From Lingula anatina (taxonomy: Eukaryota; Animalia; Brachiopoda): 64,000 bases of DNA. A program made the translations under genes and the position numbers. Location of the stretch: NCBI GenBank assembly GCA_051362555.1, contig CM120641.1, positions 16,430,001 through 16,494,000 of the forward strand. The letters are read 5' to 3'. This document shows, one piece after another, positions 54,374 through 64,000 of the stretch. Within the stretch, counting starts at the first letter, position 1. Each line of letters opens with the position of its first letter. The notes beneath the pieces are model-generated. The model made no database searches. It was not told the DNA's origin and saw only the letters and a program-made list of their open reading frames with translations.

Positions 54374-55380
54374 GGCCCAGTCACAATGTCGACGATCTGT
54401 CGGGGATTAGTTTTGGCCGGGGGTCGTCGTAGAAAATAAAGAATCCTTAAACAATCCTGGCAATAATCCTAATAAAAGTGGAGCAGTCACATCGTCTGAG
54501 ATTTTTTCAAGGATTTTGACCCGGTTTTGTCGAAAAATCGTGGGATTAGCCTCCGATTGCATCGGAGGCGATCGGAGACGTTATCTGCAAGCGTCTTTTC
54601 TTGTAATCTTTTTCCCCCTGGGTATATGTGGGGGAAAAGGAGGATTTTCTGACCTCGGTCATCTGTATTTCTCTCTGTACACTGTCCTGTACCTGTCCCA
54701 TGCTTCTCCATCATCCTGCACAACTCCATCCTCCTCCTCCTCCTCCTCCTCATGGTCACTGGCATCAGGCCTCTCTAGAACCTCTTCCTCCTCCTCAGAT
54801 CTGTCTCCACTCTCCTGATCCTGCACCTCTGGGGCAGCCTGCTCCTCTTCTGGGGTCTCTGGCTGCCTGTTTTTGGCCTTCCCCCTGACTCCTGCTTTCC
54901 CCTTTCCTCCTCCTCTGCCTCCTCCCCTGCCTCCTCCCCTTGGTCCTCCCCTTGGCATCTTCAAAATCTTCTGTCACAGCTTCCTGCAGCAAGAGCGTCT
55001 CAAACTTTTAGCGATCCGGCCCTTATATACACAGCGATTTACTACGATTCCACCGTAAGATTCGTCGGAGACGATCACATAAAGCGTACGAATCGTCGCA
55101 GGGCGCCTCTGATTCAGTTGGAGGGCGCTGGAGACTACTCGCAGACATTGAATCTCAACCTGATTTTCCAATCCCACACAGAATCTTGCGACTAGTCTCA
55201 GATTATTCGGAGGACGCCTCCGATTAATCGGAGGGCATCGTAGGTCATTGGAGATTGTGTCTAGGATGCCCAAAATGGGTGAAAAATCTTGCGAGCAATC
55301 TTAAAATTTTAAGTTCAAAGCTGGGGACCGCGACGGGTGTGGCGATGTCTAAAAAATCTGCGACAACCCGCAGGCGATCT
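54374..55380 (-). mobile_element. Internally deleted PIF/Harbinger-like element with a Gly/Arg-rich plus acidic ORF remnant
   Basis: Terminus GGCCCAGTCACA at 54374; CpG-rich subterminal DNA on both sides; minus-strand ORF 54964-54659 (MPRGGPRGGGRGG..EEEEEEED..). Confidence 0.55.
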
Positions 55381-55384
55381 TGAT

Positions 55385-55960
55385 CTCAGGCTGCTCTGTT
55401 AGCCTTACTGGAAAGCTGCATTCACATCTTTCTAAAGCATGCTCTCTGACAAATTTAGAGAAGACCATGAAGGGTGGGAACTTTCCGTTGGTTTGCTTGT
55501 AATGATGGGCTCTGGACCTCCACTTATCTTGCAGATCGTCTGGTAGCTTGTCTACAAGAGGATTGATGCCCATGAAGGTGTCTAAATATTCTAGCCCTGG
55601 GAGGCTGCTGTCTTCTTTGACGTATTTTAGCATCTGTAAGGCATCCCCAAAATCTCTAAGAGCACGGTAATCTGTCTTGCCCATTTTCCTGGTGTTTAGC
55701 ACCTTTGTTATCAGGGAGATGGAAACAACGTCTGGCTTACTGAAGTTTTCTTCTAATCGCTTCCATACCGTTTTTAGTTCAACACTGGGGTGGTTGACAT
55801 GTACTGCGGGTATTTTCTTAGCCAGCTCTGCAGATTGTGTTCCACTCCAGAAGATCAAGCTCTTCTCTTGGGGAAAGTTGCGCTCCTTTCACTATGTTTT
55901 TAAATGACAGCTGCCAAGAGAGAAAATTCTCTGGGGTATCATCAAATTCTCTGGTGCATG
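55385..55960 (-). pseudogene. BEL/Pao LTR retrotransposon gag fragment (DUF1759-like)
   Basis: FDDTPENFLSWQLSF..ELDLL; VWKRLEENFSKP..LRDFGDAL..LPGLEYLDTFMGINPLVDKLPDDLQDKW..FPPFMVFSKFVREHA. Confidence 0.85.
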
Positions 55961-55987
55961 TGGCAGTGTTTGACAAAATTTCTTATT

Positions 55988-56877
55988 TTAATTTTGATGA
56001 AGGACTTCAAAACAATCCACTTTATAATCCAAAAGGCTGTGGAATTGCTTAAAGCATGGGTAGGGGCGCATTGGTTCATTGCAGGGTCTTGTCTTTTCCC
56101 AAGTAGAGATCCCAGTTTTACATAATCCCCAAGCCTTTAGTCCCCATTTATTGGGCATATCTGGAATATACTGCATGATGTTTTATTGTCCTTTGACAGG
56201 AGTCATAGCCTCATCTATTGAAATTTCTTCCCCTGGATTGAAATAATGTTGCCAGACAGGTATAAGTTTCTTAAAAAGACAGCGAACTTTGAAGGCCTTA
56301 TCGTGATTGGGATGATCTCTTGGTAAAATTTTGTCATTGTTACACGAATGAAAAAAAAAAGTCAGAATATTCAAAAATATACTTCTACTCATCACACTTC
56401 TGAATTTTGGCATTTCTGTCAAGGGATCTGTTGACCAGTATAGATCATAGGAAGAACGTTTAGTTAGTCCTGTCAGCATCAGTAAGGGACTGAAAGTTCA
56501 TGGAAGTCCATTTTTGGCTATGTACGCACTTTATAAGAGTCGGGCTTTTGTTGTTTGACCTGATCAGCATATCTGTTTGTCTCCCAAACAAACATTTCAA
56601 TCACATCATTGGTAAAAAATAAAGAGAAATAATCAACTTCTGTCATATTTTCTGGCAAATTATTTGGACCCACTGTTTCTGAAAAATCAATCAGCCATCC
56701 ATGATCATATCCACTTTTTGGCACACTTTGTTTGCCTATCTCTTCAGTTTTAGAATCACTAGAATCATTATCTCCACTTTCACTATCTATAGAAGTATTA
56801 TCACCACCACTATGAAGATCATCAGGTGTATATCTCTCAAATTCCTCATTCGAATTGCTGTCGAGAAATATCTCCAT
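55988..56877 (-). pseudogene. piggyBac (PGBD4-like) transposase, frameshifted and internally deleted
   Basis: Acidic N-terminus; YFSLFFT..VWETNRYA; YWSTDP..FRSVMSR; ISIDEAM..KG*..QYIPDMPNKWGLK; joined directly to C-terminal PCFKQFH..DY. Confidence 0.9.
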
Positions 56878-57149
56878 GAAACAGAACCTGTCGTGTGTGA
56901 TGGAGTTTCAGAAACAAACTTTTGATGTGTGTTGTAAATTGAAATATGTGACAAAGGGGTGTGTGGTTAATGAGCCTTTTGAAATATGGTTCTTTGCCTT
57001 TTTCACAATTTTTGCATGCATTGTCTGGTTTCACTTTATTCTTTTTTCTAGTTCTCAAAGTGCAAGGTCCAATGATTGGATGTAGTATTTTTTTACTCTC
57101 ACAGATTCCCTGTTCAGATATGTTTTACCTTTCCACATATCCTCACTCA

Positions 57150-57465
57150 TAATCACCCTTCGATGCGTTATGGTGGGGTCATCTTGCAGCCTAATGTCCT
57201 TTGACATTTCCAGGCCCGTGGTTGCACTGCTGCTTCCCTGTCTTGAAGGTTTTGGAATATAGACTATATTCTCACCGATCCATTTATGGTGCTCGAAACC
57301 AAATTTGGAGATCCCGAGCCACCTGCTTACACCAATTGTTATGTTTTGGCCTTAAGACCAGTTCTAATTGTCCCTTGAGGATAGCCTTTGCTTCCTCAAG
57401 TGTATCTCTGGGGCACAGCAAACTTTTTGGCAGAGGCAAGTCGGCCTTGCAGGATTCATAGTGTT
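57150..57465 (-). pseudogene. Possible RTE-like LINE 3' end remnant
   Basis: Degenerate MNPAR..LPK..G..RPK..W.KQVARDL..R.AW pattern across frames; weak. Confidence 0.4.
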
Positions 57466-57723
57466 AAGAGCACCATAAATTCAAGGACTTTTAAGGACTT
57501 TTAAGTACCTAATTTCATGACTTTTCCACTACTTTCCAACCTGAGCCAGATGGTCACAGTCAAGCTAAATATTCAATGCTATATAGATATCTGTATTTTT
57601 ATTATCATACCTATGAAATCAGATGTGATAGAAAGATTGTCAACTTAATAAGTAGGCATTTGGCAACCAATATTTAAAGACAGAAACTGTAATGCTAATG
57701 TTTTGCACATTTATTTATCAATA

Positions 57724-58570
57724 CTTTTTTATTTTTTATTTTTTTTTATTTTTATTTTTTTTTTTATTTCAAAACAAAAAATACAAAACACTCTCACACC
57801 CATATATACATACAAGCTCTAACGGTACTTAACTGTTAAATTTCCTATCCACAAAATCACTTCCTAATTTTTTCTATTTTTTAATAAAACCATCATTATC
57901 CATATTTTTGCTATAAGTAAAATAGTCACTTTCCATATATTGATTAATATAACTTTTTACTTTCAAGAAATCTGGGACACTTTTGGTCATTTTCTGGCAA
58001 TATATAAATTTTTTAACCAAACAAATAATTAAATTTACCAAACTTTGTTTTTTTTCCAAATATAATGTCAATTAAGTTTAATCTTTCTTTTATATTTAAA
58101 TCATTTTCTAACCATTCTCTTACTTGTTCCCAGATTTCTGAAATTCTACCGCATTCCCAAAGCAAATGAACAAAAGTTTCCTCCTCTTTTATACAAAATA
58201 CACATAAATTTGATTCTACTACATTTATCCGAAATAAAAAAGAATTTGTTCCCAAGATTATATGGACCAGTTGATATTGAAACCATCTAAGGCTCATATC
58301 ATCCAACTTCTAAATCGAGTTATTCTTTTCCATCCACCATTTTTCATCATGGTACACATTCAACTCACTTTCCCATTTTATTTCACTTTTTGGTCTAAAA
58401 TACAAGCTAGTAACAAAGGTATCGTATATAGGTCTTACTCCCTTTTGATTTCTCATCAGAACTTCTAGAAATTTTGGTCTAAAGGGAATATTCATATAGA
58501 TATCAATGTTTTTCTTATTTCTAATCATTTTCTCGATGCACTGTACAATACCATAAAACATTGTGTATTT
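57724..58570 (-). mobile_element. L1/Tx1 LINE ORF2 C-terminus (zf-RVT) with A-rich tail
   Basis: KWESELN..LRWFQYQLVH.ILGTNSFLFRI..CVFC..EETFVHLLWEC..IW; T-rich tract at 57724-57768 on + (A-rich tail on -). Confidence 0.88.
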
Positions 58571-58769
58571 ATCAATACTTGTTATATGTTGTATGAGATG
58601 AAAACACTAAATGTTTTGTACTGTCACTCTTGACTTTATTATTACTTGAACTTGACTTAAACATGGACTTGAATGTGGCGAGGTCTAAACTGTAATAAGA
58701 ACAACAATGCATAAGAAAAAATAACCACTTAAACAAATACTTAATAAAACATTTAACTAACACTATAAA

Positions 58770-59440
58770 TACTAGTTTCAGGCGATCATGATTTGCAGTT
58801 ACCAGCTGTTTCTTCATCTTCTCTTTATATAATGAAGGGGACAAAACCACCATAACTACCCCTGGCTCCTCCACACTGGGTTAAGTTTTTTGCACCTCCT
58901 TGGTGAAGCTGCGTAGTCACACCACATCTCCTACCTACCATTTTTTTTAGCAGACCCACAAATCATAGTCTCTTTTGGACCGCCTCTGTGCCATTTTTAG
59001 GTGTCTTCTAACCATCTCATGGGTTGACTGCATCACCTCCTCTACCCGCTCCACATAGCTTTCTTCTGCCTGATCCCCTCCATCTGGTGGCCTAAACATC
59101 AGCTGCGCTGGTGTATTGATCTCCCTTCCCAGCATTAGTCTATTGGGGGTGAATCCTGTTGAGCGATTTACTGTTGCTCGAATGGCTCCTGCAAGCTGTG
59201 ATATATAAATATCCCAGTCTCTCTGATTCGAACTCACAAAACACCGAACTGCTCCACAGCCCCATTTCCTTGTGGCCGATAGGGCATTGTGCGCGCTTTG
59301 TGGATATGTAAAAGCTTATAGACATCTTGAAAGAGTTGACTTTCAAAGTTTCGGCCTTGGTCAGGGAATATCCCCAGGGGTAACCAAATCTGGAGAAATT
59401 AATGACAGCTGTTGCTGTTACTTCTGCTGACTGAGTAGGA
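58770..59440 (-). pseudogene. Gypsy integrase core and GPY/F remnant
   Basis: NQRDWD..LAGAIRATVNRSTGFTPNRLMLGREINTP..AQRRSKRDYD, then CKKLNPVW..PGVV..LYK..NHDRLKL. Confidence 0.88.
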
Positions 59441-61619
59441 CATAATTATTACTTGAACTCATTTTAAGAATTGATCAACTATCATCAACAAATGTTGGTT
59501 ACCTCTGTCCGTTTTGGGAAGTGGGCCTACAAAATCTATATGAATTCTCTCCATGTAGGAGAGCCTGCCTGGTGCACAAGTAAAGGAGACTGCATGTTTT
59601 GCAGGGTGCATAAGTCCCCATGTAAGTTAAAGACTGGATTTTTGGATGCTAAAAAATATATACAGTTTGAAACTGTTGCCTATACTTCAGTTTTCACCTG
59701 GTGATTCAGGTGTTTTCCCACAGCTACTACTCCTCCAATCTCCTTAATGCCTTTGCATGTTTGAGGACAGGGGTATATTACCAGATTGCAATAGACTGCA
59801 GTCAATCCTTTGATTTTAACCCTGCAACTACTGACTCCAACCGCATCAACAATTTCTTGAAAACCAACTGTCCTAGGCAAATTCAAGAATTTCTGGGCTC
59901 TATCCAGATGACAGCAGGAATCAAAGGCCTCCAGACTTTTAGATACCTACTTCATTTCTTTCTTATCTGGCTTGAACAGTCGCCTTAGTTGTTCATGGAC
60001 CTCCCCATTGCTCATGGTAAAGAGGTCCAATAAAACCCTCCAGTTGAGGAGGTGCAAAGTGAGGCTTTCCTTTTTAAGGTTCAGATGCAGCCTTAACTCC
60101 AGTCTTGCCTCTTCTTCTCCAGGTATTAGCCTTTCCTCAGAGCTGATGAATGCCAGTCACATCTTTACATACCCCCATAATCCAACGTGCTAAGGTCTGT
60201 AGGGCCACCACTAACTAGGTGTCAATTTCTCATACGTGCAGGATCAGAGGTAAATCATAGGCAGATGGCATTCAATAGCATTTTCTTGGGCCTTGGAGAG
60301 ACATCTGGTTGAGATGAAAGTGGGCATCAGACCCCTCTGGGAGAAGAGGCAAATGGATTGCCTTCTCTTTTTCAGAGAGAGGAAACAGGTCTCACCACTG
60401 GAGATGTGCCAGTGCAGCACTAACACCTTGCTGCCATGTACTGAGGGCAGCAAATAATTTAGCAGAGTGCGATTTAAAAAAATTCAATCGTTCAGATCAT
60501 TCGGACTAAATTCCTATTCACATGTTTATAAAGTTTAGAATATAAGTAAGTTTTATTCAGTGAGGATTATGTTTTTTGCAACTTTCAGATTTGATTGGAC
60601 TGTTTGGGGGAAGCAAATACCTCAGTTTGGATAGCCTGAATGTGAAACAACACTTATTACCATCTCTCTACTAGTAGACTCTATGTAGTTGAGGATCTTC
60701 CAACTGTTTTTTGGCTTATTTCTCAGGGATGGTTTGTCATTTCACTGATATTTGAGAAAGTCTCTCGTTGTGTTCTCACAAAGGCCACATCAGTGTGGTG
60801 CCTTCTTGTAGAACCTGTTCAACTGCACACGCAACACCTCTAGTTCATTCTGCGCGGCTTCCTCTGACCTTTCACCCCCAGGCACACACTGTCAAGGTTT
60901 TTTCATGGCCATCAAAATTGATGGAGGAACCCAGTACATATGGTTTGTTATGTTCTTAAGTCAAGGTCCTAGTGTTTCACATCGCTTTTGTTTGCTTAAT
61001 GCAGTCAGTTTCCTTTTAGTGCCTGCAATGATAATTTGCTTTAAGTTGCTGTTCCACAGTGCTACATGCCACACATCAAAGTAGTGGGTGATGTTTGGCA
61101 TTTCTTCACAGACACAATTTTAAATTTGGACATGATAGTAAATAACAATTTCCACTGTCTGTACCGTCTCTTTTCTAAATTTCTCCACACATCTATTCAA
61201 ATTTTCCAACTCCATAACAACTGAATGAAAAGTATTTGTTATCAATTTGTTCTTGGAAGAGTAAATGGTTACAAGAATCAGAACTGGAAAATTTAAAAAA
61301 TATTTACTTTAATCAATGAATAATGAAAATACAAAGTGAAAAATATAATCACAAAAAGGCTCAGCATGCATTGTTTAATTTCTCAATAGAAAAACTAAAA
61401 CGAAATATAACAATTCACATCCAGGACCATTTTAATACATATTTTCTAAAACTGGCCAAATGTGAAATCTAACCTATCTGCAACATAATTTCAGACAACA
61501 GCAGCTAGTGAGTGTTTAAAATAAAAAGTTACTATCAACGCATGAATGTTGAAAATACAAAGTGAAAACTGGATATTCATGAGACTTTCAATTTTTAATT
61601 TGCAGAAGGAGGCACATCA

Positions 61620-62671
61620 TTTAATGCTGGTGCTGTGTTTCTCATTCTTTCTCTTCTCGTCATTCCTACCATTGCCTCTCCTCTCTCTCCTGGTCCATTG
61701 CCCGTTGACGGTCTTCTCTCTCAAAAATTTTTGCCTGCATCTCCTGCTCTGCCTCCAGTCTTTTTTCTTAAAATTCAAGAGCTTAAGCGCGCTCTTTTCT
61801 CAATTCTTCCACCATAGACTCCCATAATTCACTCAGGGTTTTGGCAGTTTATAAACTTACTTTTTGCTCCCTAGCTGTAAGCTGGGGAGGTTCTGGCCCT
61901 CCCCCAGTCCTCCTCATCTCCTTTCTTCTTTCAGCTTCTTTTCTTTTGGTATGACTAGAGTATTTGTACCACTTCTTTCTCACTTCAGTAAATTTCCTTA
62001 CATTCAAGGAAACACTGTTGATCCTGATTTAAAAAATATAACAATATATACCTGTATAAATCATAGTAATTAATTTAATTTAATTCAATTTACTTCTTAA
62101 TACTTTCACCAGTTTTCAGGGGAAAAAAACACATATTTTCAGAAATAAAAATTTCAACTTTTAAAGCTGTATTATTATAATATTACTAGTATGGGATTTG
62201 CTGTTATGAAATTACACAAGCAACACGGGTCAGGGGGTACTATTAAGGGGTTTTGTTTAAGTATTGAAATGAAAGTGTCTATTTACTTTTGAGTTATCCT
62301 TTTCCAAATCTCCTCCTTCGATTTTTGAGTTACAGTGTTTGACAGTTGGCAAAAAAGAGTAGGATTGGAAGACACCTTGTCCACAATGATATCAATCTCC
62401 TCATTGGAAAAACTACTACGCTTTTTCGGGAAATTTGTGTCAGCTGAGCAGACGTTCACGGAGCACGAGCATTTGTTGCTATATTTCTTGCCTTCGCGGT
62501 CCGAAGAGCAGGGCTTCGAGATTACAATATTTACTTCCGGGCACAACCTCATGCGCTAATAGCGAAGAAAATTGCGAATGGTTTCGAGAAAGCTACGCAA
62601 AAAAAACTAGCGCAAGTGTGCAAAACCATAGCGATTGCGCAAATTGCGAAACGTTTTGTGAAAGCCGGCCC
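61620..62671 (-). mobile_element. PIF/Harbinger end with intron-containing Myb/SANT-like accessory gene (decayed)
   Basis: Terminus GGGCCGGCTTTCACAAAACG at 62671. Exon KKRSSFSNEEIDIIVDKV..KEEIWKRITQK|gtaaat; exon cag|INSV..EVRKKW..TKRKEAERRKEMRRTGGGP..|gtaagt (~62023-61861); downstream coiled-coil-like segment with stops. Confidence 0.85.
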
Positions 62672-62755
62672 TGGGCTTTCTGGAGCCTGGAAAGATATAA
62701 TCGCACATAATTATATTGTATCGCGATATCAACATTTAATATCACACTGAAATAT

Positions 62756-63494
62756 TGTAACGGATTTTATTAAGTCCAGTTTACAGTAATTTAATAAGGA
62801 TCTGTCATTGTTTTAAAGGTTCTGATCGAATAAGAAACAAGCAACATAAAGAATAAAGTTTATTAAAATCTATCAAAACAAAATGTTCCAGTAAGTAATA
62901 GTCTTGTGTGTGCATTGATGTCCAAAATGAAACATCTGTTCCGAGTACTGCCGATGATGGAGTCGTAGGAACACGGGTCGACGCTCAGGTACGGTATGGT
63001 CTGCGACGAAGGGTTCCGACATGGCGCAACCCTGTGCACTGTACCTGCGAGAATCAAGACGGTAGATTCCCCGAGTGCTGCCCACCAACGGTAACCTTAG
63101 GTTCCGACACGGCGCAAACCCTGTACTGGCGTGAACAGAAACAACTAACCTCCCCAGTACACCTGCCAGAGAGAGTGAAATTCTCTCAATCAGAGCCTCG
63201 AGCTGAAAGCGTCTCCTGAATCCAATGTCTTCAGCTCAGCGTGAGGTGAGCGCACTGAAAGACAAAGAGGCCGACGTTGTTCTTACCCAGGGGGCATGAG
63301 AGGGAGGGTATGGACATTTTCTTACTCTCGCTGATTCCCCTCGGAGCTTATTGATACTGCAAATGTCCATAGAAATGGTACACTGATCACATACATTAAA
63401 TAAATGGTGAGGCACATAAATCTCCCCCAACAATCACATGAACATTTATCAACTTAAAACAACTGTCCACGTGGTAACTAAAATTTTCATTACA
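62756..63494 (-). mobile_element. Gypsy 3' LTR (~739 bp)
   Basis: On the minus strand it begins TGTAAT right after a polypurine tract AGAGGGGAGGG (~63508-63498), ends ..GTTACA at 62756, and has AATAAA near its 3' end. Confidence 0.75.
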
Positions 63495-63717
63495 ATGCCC
63501 TCCCCTCTACGAGTCCTGTCCTCATGGCTCAAGTAACATCAAAAGAAAGAAAACTTTTCAAACAACTGCTGAAATATTACAACTATTAACAATATAAAAG
63601 TGAACTAACAATAGACTAATAATCTAACTCCGAACTTTGAAAAAATCCAGCAATAGCGAGTGACGTTCTCAGTTGAGCCAAGGGTATCAAATGACTTGAA
63701 CCAATGCATTTTTATAC

Positions 63718-64000
63718 TTAAACATAGTCTTTAAACCTCGGGGGAGGCCGTCGGTTGCGCCGCGGTCTCCTCGGGACTGGAGCTAGAGCATCGACAGTAC
63801 TGTTTGGGACGGGCTCACTCTTACCATCTTCTTCTCTAGCAGGTGGAACGGAATCGGTTTGAGTCTCAGTTGGGCTTTTCCTTTTATCACCATCCGTCTG
63901 TTCATTTATAACCTCTTTTTCATTAGTAAGTGGAGCAAGATCAATATCAGTCTCAGGAGGTATCTCTATACTTCCGTCACCATCCGTCTGTTCTTTTGTA
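63718..64000 (-). mobile_element. Gypsy pol C-terminus; element continues beyond the window
   Basis: Open frame from the window edge: ..EQTDGD..PVPRRPRRNRRPPPRFKDYV* (stop at 63720-63718), a typical Gypsy integrase tail upstream of PPT and LTR. Confidence 0.85.

Noticed and set aside
54487-55273. Overlapping Pro/Ser/Arg-rich ORFs; RGG stretch resembling a host RNA-binding protein
   Set aside because: Alternative frames of one low-complexity segment inside a TE-like element; no RRM or other host domain.
62863-63433. ORFs on both strands, including 62908..63219 (+)
   Set aside because: They fall inside the inferred Gypsy LTR and show no recognisable protein motif.
1-64000. tRNA, rRNA or snRNA genes
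   Set aside because: No convincing cloverleaf or conserved RNA motifs seen by eye; tRNAscan-SE/Infernal would be needed to exclude them.

Overview
AT-rich, intron-containing animal genomic DNA (invertebrate-like; species not identifiable from the sequence alone). 1-49.3 kb is gene-dense. It holds the 3' part of an unidentified + strand gene with alternative C-terminal exons and micro-exons, a secreted GH18 chitinase-like protein with CBM14 and a degenerate catalytic motif (+), a RET receptor tyrosine kinase (-), and a head-to-head mLST8 (-) / CIAO3-NARFL (+) pair whose ATGs are 128 bp apart. Several MITE-like hairpins sit in introns and intergenic DNA. About 400 bp after the CIAO3 stop the sequence switches to ~14 kb of short, decayed, closely packed transposon fragments (Crypton-like, IS3EU-like, pogo, Tc1, Harbinger, BEL, piggyBac, RTE-like, L1/Tx1, Gypsy). 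Every fragment I could orient is on the minus strand. This is the architecture of a uni-strand, flamenco-like piRNA cluster and is the main candidate discovery. All exon coordinates were derived by hand, and all family assignments are from motif recognition, not database searches.
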